From Octopus vulgaris (lineage: Eukaryota), in contig OX597814.1 of NCBI GenBank assembly GCA_951406725.2, positions 88,536,001 to 88,600,000 on the forward strand: a stretch of DNA of 64,000 nucleotides. The letters run 5' to 3'. The notes beneath the pieces are model-generated. The model had not been told where the DNA came from. It did no database searches and saw only the letters and a program-made list of their open reading frames with translations. This document shows, piece by piece, positions 1 to 13,190 of this stretch. Made by a program: the position numbers and the translations under genes. Each line of letters starts with the position of its first letter. The first letter of the stretch is position 1.

Positions 1-961
1 CGCCATTCGTGTCGAAACTGTTCATCAAGAACGCTATCTAGTTAGTCTATCACGTCTTCTTACTCAACTCCATTGTTTTTCCCCTTCTCAATTTCTCTCT
101 ATGTATGTATGTATGTATGTATGTATGTATGTATGTTAAATATACATGAATATATGTGTGTGTATGTATACACACACATGCATACACATATTTATATATA
201 AAAAAGGAGTAAAAGTTGAAATGTGTCGAAAATTGCTTACACACACACACACACACAAATATATATATATATATCACAAGTTTGACTTTTTAACAGTAGA
301 GGAGAATAATATAATTGTATGCATTTATATGTATAAACTATAAAAATATAACGATACGTTTTCACAGAATAAATGTTTTCGTATCGTTGATCAACTGAAA
401 TTATATTTGTATACGTATTCTTAAGCTGAGTTTGGCATAAATAATTTATTTAAAAATTAATATAAAGAAAAGTGAGAAGGATGGAATGGAACAAGGCAAA
501 ATGAAGAATCACTGGTTGCTTCGAGTGTTTTGTATAGAAAAAGATTTTAATAATTTTAAAGTTTTGCTGGGTCCGGTTTCCCTGAGTTTAATTTGAAAGT
601 TTTATGCATTTTTCCATATTTTTTCTTATTTAAAACCGGCCAGTAGAAGGTACCGTCAATTTGCATAGTCGCCCGGGACGTCACATGTTAGGGGAAGTCA
701 CATTATGTGTTGGGATCTTTTAAATAAAAAGGGACAATGGGAAAATAATAAACTAATGTGCGCAAATGTTGATCCGTGGCTGTAGCAGAAGATACTTGCC
801 CAACGTCCTGCGCTGTGAAACTGAACAACCTGAATAAATGAGAGTGAGAGAGAGGGGAGAGGAGGAGAGGGGGAGGAAGAGAGAGGGAAAGAGATGGAGG
901 GGGAGAGAGAAACAGACAGATTGATAGACAGAGAGAAACAGAGATAGGGATAGATAGATGG

Positions 962-997
<36 letters not shown>

Positions 998-1016
998 AGA
1001 GAGAAGAGGAGAGAGA

Positions 1017-1220
1017 GAACATATGTCGAGAATAAAAAAATGTTGTTAAATCGTCGTTCAACTCCATTCTTTCATTTATTTATATATATATATATATAGT
1101 TCAAATTTACAGAAAACAAAAGACGAAGACAGGTGAAGGAATAACAAGCAGGTGTATTGGTTTAGCGTTCAGGAAGAATAGAAAAATCTTTGATGTTTCG
1201 AGCCTATGCTCTTCGACAAT
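1017..1220. mobile_element. Penelope-like pLTR remnants with partial or degenerate hammerhead motifs
   Basis: + strand GAAC-ATAT-GTC followed by AATAAA and a tail resembling 9018-9070. - strand 1192-1219 reads TGTCGAA-GAGC-ATAG-GCTC-GAAAC-ATC, a minimal hammerhead layout with a damaged core. Confidence 0.4.
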
Positions 1221-2315
1221 ACACGCGCGCGTGCGCGCGCGCACACACACACATTGAACGCGACGCATCCATTTCCAAATAAGTTTATCTTCACCTTTTT
1301 TATCGACTATACTCTATACTTTTCCCTCCATTCTTCTTTAATTCCCCTTTTCTCCCTCTCCCTCTTTCACCGTTTTCTATCTGTCTTACTCTCTCTCTCC
1401 TTCTTTCTCTCTCTCTCGCTCTCTCATTGCTCACACGTGACCGTCCTCCATCCTTCTTTTCTTCACGTGACCATCTTTTTTTCCTGCACAGATGTTCAAA
1501 TGACTGGGCGTTTTTTCTCTCTCTCCTATCTTTTCTCTTTTCAAAGAAAATGTTTCTCCCAGCGTTCACTATTTTCCTCTTGAGGATATATTTATTTAAG
1601 ATATATAATTTTCATGTGGGCCACGGGCGAATGTTAAAAATAATATAACGTGGGGTCATTACAAATGGATTTGAGGCGCGTGGCTTAGTGGTTAGCACTT
1701 CATTTCACGTTATTCCAATTCACTCAGCACACAAAAATGAGTATTCCTGCTATGAACTAGCGTCCAGTCCAGATGGAGATTATATACGCAGCAGAAACTG
1801 GCTCTATAAGTCTTATATGACTCGGGAGGGAGCTTTTTTTATGCATTACAAAAGGCAACTGAACTCTGGGTTTGTTATGATATGATATGATATTGATATA
1901 GCTGATATTTCTAGCATTTAATGCGACAACGGCGAGTTAACTGTTGGTGACGGCGAAGTGCGCCAGCAGTTGTTGTGGTAATTGATGGAAGTGGCGGTGG
2001 TGGTGGTACGATCAACAGCAGTAACAGCGGTAGCAGCGGCGGCGGCATCAGCAGCAGCCGCGGCGGCGCGGGTGTAACAATAGTGAAAAAACTACAGCCA
2101 TAAATCTATTGAAATTATATTCATACTGAATACGACCTCGACATATATTCCTCCTGTACTTAGTAAATGCGCTTGTAGAAAGTAAAATAAGAAAAGGCGT
2201 TGACGTAATGCATCAATATAAAATCATTTTGTGTTTCTTCCATTTCACTTTTTTTAAAGTCGTATTTTTCTTCTTATATTGTGAAGGATATTCTCTTGAG
2301 TCTATTGCATTAGAG

Positions 2316-2570
2316 CAGTGGCTCTCAACTATTTTTTTCCTATGGACCCCTTCGATTCCTATTTCACGCTACTGGATCCCCATAACAATTTGATGTTGAA
2401 ATAAAATCCTATTATATTTTTGTAACTGAATATTATTAGAGATAATATAAAAAGTTTTGAAATATTTTGAATAATGTGGAAGTGTAACCAATTTTATTGC
2501 ACTTAAATTTCAACAACAAAATTTTATGTGGATCACCAAGGGCCATAGCGACCCCGGTTGAGAACCATTG
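2316..2570. mobile_element. hAT (Charlie-like) MITE
   Basis: TIRs CAGTGGCTCTCAAC / GTTGAGAACCATTG. Degenerate 8-bp TSD CATTAGAG (2308-2315) / CGTAAGAG (2571-2578). Confidence 0.75.
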
Positions 2571-2784
2571 CGTAAGAGGATTGTAGTTTAATCCCTCTCA
2601 GTCCTGATCTCGTAATCCTAGGATTATAAACATCTTTTTTTTTTTTGAGATTTGGTTACTATTTCTAGCAGCGACCACGCTAAGCGTCTTTGTTAGTTGA
2701 ACTGCTGGATTGATTTTTACCGTTTAACTTAAAGATCGTAATGGGGGTGAGGAGGGGTGGAATTTGGAGGAAACTGTCATTAGA

Positions 2785-3516
2785 TGGCAGCCATGCTGGG
2801 GTACCGCCATGAAGGGTTTAGTTGAACAAATAGACCACAGTTCTGTGTATACTCTATCGGTTGCTTTTTACCGAACATTTTACCGCTTTACCGAACCGCT
2901 ATGTCATGGGGACATAAAGAAACCAACGCCGGTTGTCAAGCGGTGATGGGGGACAAACACAAAGGTAAACACACACACACACACACACAGATTGTAGATA
3001 GGGTTATAATCCAAGCTGTGTCATTATGAAGTGCATCTACTTATCCCAGTTCCCCAAAATATATTTGCAGATGACTTAATTTATGTGAAAGTTGAAAATA
3101 CTGGAGACTAATGGAAAATATTTATTGCAGAGTAATTATGTATTACGGAATAAAAATTTATAGTTTTCTGTTTATATATGTACACACACACACACACACA
3201 CACAACGGGCTTCGGCACAGTTTCCTTCTAACAAATTCACCCACAGTATACAGGCGCGGTCCCAGGAATTTTTTGAAGGTAGGGCACAAGGTCAGAAGGG
3301 AATACAATTCCAGGAGAAAAAATCGTAATAACATTATTTAGAAGGGGGAACGTGACCCTCAGCCCCCCCCCCCCCCATCTGGGTCCGCCCCAGGTACATG
3401 GTCGGCTCGGGGGCTATAATAGAAAAACACTTGGTCAAGGTAGCTCCGTAGTGGGACTGAACTCGAAACCACATGTTGCAAAGCGACCTTTTTAAAAACG
3501 CAACCATGTATGCACC
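2785..3516 (-). mobile_element. tRNA-derived SINE family A copy, interrupted by insertions
   Basis: Segments are the reverse complement of the full copy at 54611-55041 and are split by (CA)n and the 3251-3395 insert. Confidence 0.7.
3251..3395. mobile_element. Short GC-ended MITE-like element nested in a SINE; related copy inverted at ~18802-18950
   Basis: Imperfect terminal inverted repeats CAGGCGCGGTCCCAG / CTGGGTCCGCCCCAG. The internal sequence matches the reverse complement of 18802-18950. Superfamily not assigned. Confidence 0.55.
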
Positions 3517-4374
3517 TATGACTGTGCATGATTGATGTTTTTTTTTTTTTAAAGCCTGTATTTTTTAGCCATTTGTTGTTTGGCTAATATTAGATACGGT
3601 CGGATTGGATTGCAACGTGAGAGAATACACTTCTTTTTGGGATTGCATTAATTATGATTTATAAATATCAGCTCCAGGAAGTATTTTAGGCATGTTCATA
3701 GGCTATTTCTCGATCCTGTTTACTGAATAAGATTATCGTCACGTTTTATTGGTTCGTAGCAATTTTACGTCATTCAAAATATAATTTGCTTAAAGAGTTG
3801 TTAGAGAAGATTTAATAAACAGTCGTTACGGAAGCAACATTTCATAGTTCTTAGCATACAGAACATCATTGCGGAAGCTTTATTTTTTAATTCTTCGTTG
3901 ATCCTAGTTAATAATTTCAAAAGCTATTTCTGAGAAATTGCTTTAGAATACTATAAATAGCATTTTCTGTTGTTGTTCAGCCCTAATTCAGCTACACTTC
4001 AATAGAAAGTGTTTCACCACTCGTAGTATATATTTGAGTCATTTCAGTAAATGTAACCTCTTTTTTTCTTTCTTTTTCTTTCTCTCTTTCTTTTCTGTAT
4101 TTCTTTTTCTTTCTTTTTCTGTCTTTCTTTTTCTTTCTTTATTTCTTTCTTTCTTTTCCTTTCTTTCTTTCTTTCTTTCTTTCTTTGTCTGTCTGTTTGT
4201 CTCCTCCCTCTCCCTTTTCTCTTTACCCCGCCTCACTAACATAGTACAGTATGATTTGGGCACGATTTGAAATCGATATTATTATATGCAGACATTACTG
4301 TATGCTTCACAACCACGCAGTTTGGGGTTCAGTTTCACTGTATGACACCTTGGGCAAGTGTGTGTGTATCAATA

Positions 4375-7300
4375 TATATGATGATTGGTTTATCTTGACA
4401 GATGATAGCCATCCCATCAACACACAATCACTCCATGAATGAACCCTCAGGTGACTTTTAAGACCAATTGCTGACTGATTGGGTTTAAAACACAAGTAAC
4501 AGATATTCAAGCTTCTTCTATATTTTTGCCCTTTGGAATCTGATTCCGAAGGAATGTTTTTGTGAACTAGCATATGTCTTTCAAGTCCAGATATTGTCTT
4601 ACAAGTTTTGTGACATATGACACAAGTCATAAAAGGCGATTGTTGTTCAAGATTATTAACTACCCGGGCATTTTGATTTTCATGTGACTTCATATGATTC
4701 ACATAACCTGCTTTTGACAACCGAACAGGATCACACATAATACATTTCCAATGTTCACTGTTGGTTTCAGTCCCAATTGTTCCTTTGCGACAGGCCCTTT
4801 TAAGCTCGGACTGCTGAATCGTCTTTTCCTCCTAGGTATTGTAACCAGTCCTAAAAGCACCTCTCCACTTGTTCCGATCTAGAACATCAATTTTCCAATC
4901 ACTTTTGTTCATATCTTGTTTCTTCAGGTTTTCCTTCACACAGTCTTTATACTTTTTTCTCGGCTTATGTTGTGGTCGCTTACCAGAGTTGAGCTCACTA
5001 TACAAAAGATGCTTTGGTAATCGCTCATATTACATTCTGATAACATGCCCAGCCCATCTCATTTGAGCCAAGATAATATGTTGTTCAATCTACAACGTGC
5101 GATGCACAAAACTTCTGTATCTGGTATGAAACATTCCCACTTGACTCCCAAGATACGTCTGAGGCACTTTTGATGAAATCTCTCCAATAAAGAAGTGCAG
5201 TCAATACACACGTTTTAAAGACACTGGTTTTTGCCTGCAGGGAAATACTTTTATCCGCCTATACTCGCTTTTCGAGCTTTCCAAATGCAACACTGCCCTT
5301 CCTTTTTCGATTGTATATCTCTGCACCAAGACCACCAGGGTCCTTCCGAGGTAAACAAAGGTATCAATGACTTCTAACCTTTTTCCATTCACAAAAATGT
5401 TTGGTTCTGAATATGTTTGTCCTGGCGTGGGAGTACATATTACTTTTGCTTTCCCCAAACTAATTGTGAGTCCGAAATGTACACATACAGTGGAAAGTCT
5501 GTCCATTAAGTGTTGCATATCCCCCAACAAATCAGCATCATCAGCATAAAATAATTCTCTAACAAGTATTTTGAAAGTCTTTGCTTTGCAATTAAGTCGG
5601 ATCAGATTAAAAATACGACCTGATGTCCGAAATCTGATTCCAATTCCCCTATTGCAATCCTTGAAAGCATACCAAAACAATGCAGCAAAATATATAGAGA
5701 AAAGTATAGGCGCAGGAATATTTCCCTGGTTGACACTGTTGTCCACCGAAAATTCATGAGATAGCTCACCATTAAAGACTGCCTGAACTTTCATGTTTTT
5801 GTGTAGTTCCTTAAAGATGCTCACAAAATGTGTTGGGCAACCAAGTTTGCATAAAGCAATCCACATTGCCTCCCTGTTTACCGTATCAAATGCCTTAATT
5901 AAATCTATGAAAACCCGGTAGAGTGGTATTTGTTCCTCTAAGCCACAATATCCCAACCTTTTCTGCCTCGAGGCACCCTTGCCAAGCCTTTTAGAAATCC
6001 ACGGCACTCCTATTAGAAAATCTAATATGACAGTTGTTTTTTTTATTCAACATCAATATAACAAAGCCTTGTCCTTGGATAATAACATCTGCGTAAGAAA
6101 ACTATGTTCCTGGAATTGATAATAAAATGTTCTTCATTTCACCAATGTTGATATAATAGGCATAAAATAGATGATAATGCAAAAATTTAATAGACAACAA
6201 TACAAAGTATAAGATGACAATAGTATTTATTGTTAAAATAGTATCAAAATGCATTTTTGACATTAAATGATCAATCATGATACCACATACGTATGTATAT
6301 TTCGCGGCACCCCTCGGTTGATCTCATGGTACCCCAGGGTGCCGCGACACACCGGTTGGAAACCTGTGCTCTAAGCATTTCTCCCGAACCTGCTTCGTGG
6401 AAAATATCAGGTCCATTGTTCCTTGCTCAGGTCTGAAACCACACGGTTCTTCAAGAATCACATGTGGACACACATTCTCAACGAGATGATCTAACATGAT
6501 ACTTGAAAGTATCTTCCCGGTATGTGCTAGGAGAGTTATCCCTCTAGAATTACCACACACTGGTTTTGGGCCCTTACCCTTGTATACAGAGATTAGAATG
6601 CCGTTTAAACTATAAAAACTTTTAATGTCTTCCCTGTCATAGGCCGTCTGAACTTCGTCAGACAAATTTCTCCACCAAGTGTCTTTAAGCCTCCTGAGTT
6701 CCTTTTGCAAGTCTGATTTCTGAGACTTGTACAACTTTTCGAGTTGCACTTTGTTCTTTATGTTTGGGTCAAGAAGCTTTTCATGAATGGAACTATTTGT
6801 TGCTATAAGCTTATTTATCCCCTTATCATTGGGATCAAACCAGTCTCGGTGCTGTCTCCTCTTAAACCCTAACACCTCTGATCCCATTTTATATATTCCA
6901 TCCCCAAAAGATTGCCATGAACCATCAGAGTGAACGTTGCTGCATCTCTCCTGAAATAACTGCAAAACTTGTGATTATTTTAGTTGCTCTACATAAATTT
7001 TCTTTCGTACTCGTACACCTTCACAACGAATCTTCTTGCGGACCATGAACTTGAACTTTTAGCCCTAACCAGTTTGTGATCAGTATCTCAATCAGTACTT
7101 CGTAATAGCCCGAGACTGCACAAATCTTGTAATTCAGCTTTCCGAGTTAATACAAAGTCAATCATGTGACCTTGCTTTGATCTTAGGTGAATCCAAGTAG
7201 CTTTATGCTTCAACTTATGATGAAGGAAAGTATTCCCAACAACTATCCCTAGCTCACAGCACATTTGTAGCAGACGCAACCCATTGTTGTTCACCTTTCC

Positions 7301-7870
7301 CATTCCGTAACGCCCAAGTACATTCCAAGCACCATAGGTTCTACCAACACGTGCATTAAAGTCACCAAACCCAACCAACTTCTCATTCAAAGAGACTAAC
7401 AGAATACTTCTTTTAAACTCCTCATACAATGCATGGATATTTTTCTCACTAGTTGAAAGTGTAAGAGCATAGAGAAAACAGTTACAAAACGTCTACAAGA
7501 CAGAAGAATCCGGAGTTTCATTATGCGTTTGTTTATGCTTTGTCAAATTTGAATTCTAAGTCTTTTACCAAATCACTTCTTATTGAAAACCCAACACCAC
7601 CTTCCTTTTTTCTCCCTTCGGCTTCCCAACCCCAAATGATGTGAAACCTGCTACTTTTTCAACAAGATGATCTTTATCTGAACATCTTGCTTCAGAAAGA
7701 GCTGCAATATCAACATTAAGACGTCTTAGCTCCTTAGTTACAAGAGCCGCCCTTCTTTCAGGCCTATCTGTTCGATCTAAAAGGGTTCTCACATTCCAAC
7801 AAGCTAGGTTAAAAGAAACCTTATTCCTCGCATACTTGTTATCATTGTTTATATTAATTCTTTGCTCATT
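4375..7870 (-). mobile_element. Degenerate RTE (BovB-like) LINE: AP endonuclease, reverse transcriptase and three C-terminal C2H2 fingers
   Basis: APE motifs WNVRTL, DIAALSE, GDFNARVG and HMIDFVL. RT motifs RGITLL, GFRP, FIDLIKAFDTV, QGNIPAP.LF, YADD and FVYLG. Many stops and frameshifts plus an internal deletion. The 5' UTR may extend to ~8580. Confidence 0.93.
5944..6368. mobile_element. hAT MITE inserted in the RT of the RTE LINE
   Basis: Perfect 8-bp TSD CTCTAAGC (5936-5943, 6369-6376). TIRs CACAATATCCCAACC / GGTTGGAAACCTGTG match at 11/15. Removing the insert restores the frame REKCLEEQIPLY. Confidence 0.9.
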
Positions 7871-8885
7871 CCTGCTAAATTGAACCACCGTTAATCTCAG
7901 TAAACTAACCAACGGAGAAAAGACACAAATTTTAGTGCCACTTTCTAGCACATTCCCAGTATATATACATGTGAGTACTTTTCTCCTTAAAAGGGCTGCT
8001 CAAACAGGATTCTCCACCGAAAACAGCTCCTGTCCATGAAAACATGTTAGCGATATTAAGATAAGACCCCTGCCGCCTTATGTGCAGCTTTGTAACTGTA
8101 TGCTTCCAACCGGTCAAGTCTGCATACGTCACCACGCCTCTATCGCCATGGGACTTTTGAAAATAGATCATTGTACGATGATGGTGTTTTGTCGGGGACA
8201 TCAGTACTTCATTGGATTTCAATGATAAACGATTGTACAACACTTTTGCCACGCTCTGGGTCAAAATAGTAGATTCTAGTGACAAGCAAAGCAAGATGAC
8301 TAGTACTAAGTTGACTGTAGGTTTTATATCGGAGTATCTGCTCTTAGGCTTTTCCTCAAAAAGAGACTGCAAGCCATCAGTGGTAAATCAATTTGAATTC
8401 TCTCCTATACTGGTTGTCCTAATCACAGCTGCGTTTCAAAACAGGAGCCAAATCTGCTCCCATCAAACAGTCATGGCTTTGATAGGGCAGCCAATTAAGG
8501 GGACGTAATTACTATAACCAGGTTTTATGTCATAGTGTCCTTCTAGAAGAGTTGACTTCACCACGGCTAACGAGCCTCATCTACGCCAAACACACACAGA
8601 AACAATATATACATATGTACAAATACACACACACACACACATCTTTCAAGAATGTAATTGCGTAAAGCCAGAACAATGCGAGAAAGTACAAAGTAAACTA
8701 CAAAAGGAAAAGAAAACAGACGAAGTCTGAATTTTACCTTGTATTTCCATATTTCGGGGTGAGAAGTACAAGGTAAAACTTCAACTTTGTTCTGTTTTCT
8801 TTTCCTTTTGTAATTTTTTTTACTTTGTACTACACAACTACATTCTTTAATGTTGTACCTCACAATGTCTCACCAAAACTATCTC

Positions 8886-8917
<32 letters not shown>

Positions 8918-8934
8918 TTTTCCAACGGATTTCC

Positions 8935-9027
8935 TATTTCTTCCTGAAGAGAAAGACACAATATGGTCCCATTATTCAATCGGATTTTGGTAAATTGTAC
9001 CTTTCGAAACACGTGTAGAATGAAATA
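8935..9027 (+). ncRNA. Type I hammerhead ribozyme (Penelope-type, long stem II)
   Basis: Stem I TATTTCTTC / GAATGAAATA with one bulge, core CTGAAGA 8944-8950, stem II GAAAG..ACAAT / ATTGT..CTTTC, GAAA 9006-9009, palindromic stem III ACACGTGT, predicted GUA cleavage after 9017, AATAAA immediately downstream. Confidence 0.8.
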
Positions 9028-9235
9028 AAACGATTTCTGTTCAATCTTCGTTCAGCTCCATTTCTTCAATTCACCAATAATATTTTAATTTCAATTATCC
9101 GCACCAACGTACGGTTGCAACACCATATGGTTGTACCTCCAACCGTGCTGTTTACTGCTGTGATTTTTGCTACCAAGGTATCGGTTAAACTTTTGATTAA
9201 TCTACTACAAGATTATTCATCTTTCTATTTCACAT

Positions 9236-9266
9236 TATATATATATATATATATATATATAATTTA

Positions 9267-9337
<71 letters not shown>

Positions 9338-9541
9338 ATGAGAAAACATAAGTTTAAAAAAAACAATTCAAACTTTTTGAGATATCCAAATAATGATTCA
9401 TCATATTGATAAAATCAGCCAGAGCAAGTAATAAGAATATGGATGTGTATATATGTGTGTATTTGTATGTACGTGTGTGTGTGCATATATATGTATGTGT
9501 GTGTGCGTGTATACGCATGTGTATGTTTATGTATGTGTATG

Positions 9542-9605
<64 letters not shown>

Positions 9606-9620
9606 CACACATATACATAT
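9236..9620. repeat. (TA)n / (TG)n / (TATG)n microsatellite cluster
   Basis: Directly visible runs. Confidence 0.95.
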
Positions 9621-10289
9621 CTTTTACTGTTTTTACTCAGCCGTTAAGTTTTCTTGAGAGTAAAAGAAAAAAAATTATGATTCGCTGCACGTTGCTGAAA
9701 TTCTGTCCTTGGTTTGTGTGAAGAGAAGTGAGGAAATTGAGTTCATGATGCTTATATAAAGAAGTGTATAAGAGATAAGGAATTCTTCATAACACTTTCA
9801 TGCTATGACCAAGAACCATGTGTTACTCTCAGTGAGTCTCTCAACTTTAGCAATTGTCCTGGTCTGCTTGGCAACAGGTGAGGCTTGTGAATCGTTCGGT
9901 TGCCCCCAACATTCAGCAATTAGATCTTCACGGGCATTGCTTATCACTAAAGAAAAGCGAATCTCCAGGGTATTCACTTTTGTTCTGTGGAACATTCACT
10001 TTGGTTCCTACAAGCCAATTGGATAATCAATAGAACATGCACGTGATAAATGAATGCCCCAGTTGTAGTGCACTCATGATAGCGAACTGATAATTTAGAA
10101 AAAGGGGATCGAATCCTGGGTCTCGCCATACTGTGTAATATAAGCGCAGGCATAGCTGTGTGGTTAAACTGTTCGCTTTGCTATAACGTGATTCCGAGTT
10201 CAGTCCCATTGTCCGGTACCTTGGGGCAACTATTTTCTACCCTTGATGCAGTACTGGATAGCGTGTGTAGTTCAAGGATCAGGGAGTCT

Positions 10290-10635
10290 CTCTAGATCGA
10301 GCTGCTACTTCTCCGCATTGGGATCTTTGGTGCTATAGACATGTGATTAGAATCGCAAGACAGAATCTTCAAGCCGAGCCTACCGGCAATAGATCTTGGT
10401 TGACAAAGTTACTATATAGTTGGATAATATTGATTGTCTCAGATGGTCATGCATGTGAATCTAAACGGAAAGTGTAATGACAGTTGCTTCTGTTAGGACT
10501 CTTGGATGAGGTGTCTAAAGACTCTACACGCACGACCCTCTCATGAATTATGGGAAGAGAAGAAGGATGGATGGATATATATTTATTGTAAATATGGTCA
10601 CTACATCCATCCATATACAGTAATTGCGAAAACAT
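10290..10635 (-). pseudogene. Possible highly decayed RNase H domain of a non-LTR retrotransposon
   Basis: LYMDGC resembles IYTDGS, and residues loosely resemble LP..SV..AE, DS and W.PSHV in the expected order across frameshifts. Confidence 0.3.
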
Positions 10636-11109
10636 ATAATTTGCGACAGTTATTATCCAGTTACTTTGCGTGATTGGTTACTTGTTCACTTTTGTAACTC
10701 AGAATCTACGGAATCTGGACAGCTCAAATATATCAATGATTACTATAACAGTTATTTTAAAATAAGTTTTTAAAAAATTTTTTTAGCAACCCATCTGCAT
10801 ATGCTGCGTGATCTACGAGTTGTATACATTATACCAAACCATTTAAAGAAAATCGTAAAATCAGTAGTCTTATAAGATGTGAGGCATAAACTGGAATTCT
10901 AAGTTCCGAGCTATTATTTGATGGATGCTTACTTTAAGTTGTGTTCCGCCATTCTTTTGACATTTCTCATTATTTGAGATGCTGCGTTTCTAGCAACCCC
11001 TCTCACCATGCACGAGCAACCGGTTTGGTAGCCGACGACCTGATTATGCAATAAGCATCGGACTACATGACATAAGGAACGAAACGAGAAAGAGAAGGGG
11101 GAGAGAGAA

Positions 11110-11156
<47 letters not shown>

Positions 11157-11825
11157 TTTTTGTTCTGTTGAATGTGTGAGATCGCCAGGTGAGAACTTCG
11201 ATAGTGGTGAAGTCTATCATTTCTTGCGAGCTGAAGCTGTTTTCTATTGGACCACAGAAGTTATCAGTATGCCGTGAGATAGTTCAGTTAAAGTAAAAGT
11301 TTACAGATTTCACTACAGATTACAAAAAAGCTTAAAGCCTATATCTAATGCTTACATCAACAATATATCTATATTTATGCTATTTGTTTCTTAAATAAAA
11401 CTATTTAAAATATACAATTAGATTATAAAAATGAGTATGATAGTACGATTATTCGTTGGGTAAAAAGATTGACACTGGAAACGAGATTGACATTATAAAT
11501 GAGACATATCTCTAGATACTGGGATATGCCTCTGGAGAAGGAAAGGAAGAGAAAGAAAGATCGAAGAGCTTGGCAGGGTTAGAGCAGGCCCTGGGATGCA
11601 TTGTTTAAGGGTAATGAAATTTATATTGTCATTGCAAATATTCTGGTTGGTTTGAAATGACTGAGCGTGTGTGTGTTCTTGCTGTAGTGAAAAAATATAG
11701 ATTTGGAGATCTACTTTGTGTATTCAGGGCAGAGAAGGATACAAAAACGAACAACAACCATGGAGGCTTTCTCTGCAAGAAGCGAATAGAAAGAGGACTA
11801 CAACATCAATAGAGTTTCTTTTGAA

Positions 11826-12049
11826 GGCGCGAGCTGGTAGAAACGTTAGCACGCCGGGGGGAAACACTTAATAGTATTTCGCTGTCTTTATGTTCTGAGT
11901 TCAAATTCCGCCGAGGTCGACTCTTCCTTTCATCCTTTTGGGGTCGATAAATTAAGTACCAGTTGCATACTGGGATTGATCTAATCGACCGCCCCCTCGC
12001 CACTCCCCCAAAATTTCGGGTTTTGTGCCTAGAGATAAAAAAAGTAGAT
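11826..12049 (+). mobile_element. SINE family B (Nin-domain-like core), older tail type
   Basis: Head GGCG.GAGCTGG.AGAAACGTTAGCACGCCGGG and core GGTCGAC..CCTTTCATCCTTT.GGGGTCGATAAATTAAGTACC. TSD TTTCTTTTGA at 11815-11824 and 12050-12059. Confidence 0.85.
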
Positions 12050-12449
12050 TTTCTTTTGACCGGAGACCAAAGGGATCAGTTGTAGTTTTGGAGGCGTGAT
12101 ATCGAAGGTTGCTCGATGCACAGAGACAACCTTCACGTTTCCATTGACGGTCTTGCAGAAGTTGCGAAGTTGGGTGATCCAGTTTGTAGTGATGAGCATT
12201 TTTTCTCAGCGTTTTTAGCAACACAATTATGAATGAACTACATAGGGGATTTGAAGCTATGAATTTTCTTTGTATGCAGGGGATATGAAAGGCACTTGTC
12301 TAAGAGGATAGTCTTGTAACCTGCTTAGCTGTCTCTGATGGGCCAGAAGGTAAGCACATGTTCTGCCAGGGGAAAAACTGTAGCCATTCTGTCAAAGATG
12401 GAAAATATGTAACCATTCAACTGATTTAAGAGCAATAGGTTTCGTAAAA

Positions 12450-13190
12450 TAGGGTCTTTTCATTATATATGAATGTGGGAAAAAGCAGTAGTAATAAGTA
12501 GTAACGTAGTAATACATGAATGCGGAAAAATGCTGTGATCAGACGATCCGATTAATTTACAAACTGTGATGGTTTGGTGAAAGCAGAGTCCGAAGATAAG
12601 AAATAGATCCAAAGTTTTGTGATGGATTGACACTAAATGGTGCAAAAATTCGAGGATTATAAAAAATTTGGTTTTTGCACCAACGATACCAATATGGGGG
12701 GTATGTGAAAACCAAGAAGAATTGTGAGGTTTGGAGTCAGTGAAGATGATGACTTCTGAGAGGAATAGGTGTGGGATTTGTCCTCGATGCAGGAAGAAAT
12801 AGTCAAAGAGTTGTGAATAGCTGGAGGATTTCGGAGAGCAGTAGAGGAACAGATATGTTTAGAAAAGTTGAGAAGAGAGACTTTGAACCAGAATAACTGG
12901 AAGTCCTTATTGCTGATATCCAGGTGAGAAATATGACTGGCAATTATAGAAGGTGACAACGGGATCTATATATGCACAGACACGAACTTTTGGAGTGGAG
13001 TTTCAATATTGAATAGAAGAGATAAACTATTGATAAGAGCGAGACATTTGTGTTTCAGAGAATAATACATGTTTGGGTTGCGTGCAAGGTGTTTGTCAAG
13101 GTTAGATCGGAGTCACGAACAGATATTAGATAAGAGCAAGGAGGATTGTCCAGGGGGTTTAGTTGTATTTTTAGCATTTAGAGAAGTGTT
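12450..13190 (-). pseudogene. Decayed CR1-like LINE AP-endonuclease region
   Basis: LRSNL, LSETQM, VCAYI, LFWFKV, LDLFL and IGSSDH appear in the correct order across frameshifts. Confidence 0.6.

Noticed and set aside
1920-2100. GC-rich Gly/Ser-rich coding exon
   Set aside because: Degenerate (GGT/AGC/GGC)n trinucleotide tract with stops nearby and no convincing splice sites.
4307-4738. Stand-alone host C2H2 zinc-finger gene
   Set aside because: It is colinear with the upstream LINE RT and followed by the LINE tail, and it lacks TGEKP linkers.
7932-8580. ORF1 or an HDV-like ribozyme upstream of the RTE LINE
   Set aside because: The ORF has no recognisable domain, and I could not identify the nested double pseudoknot.
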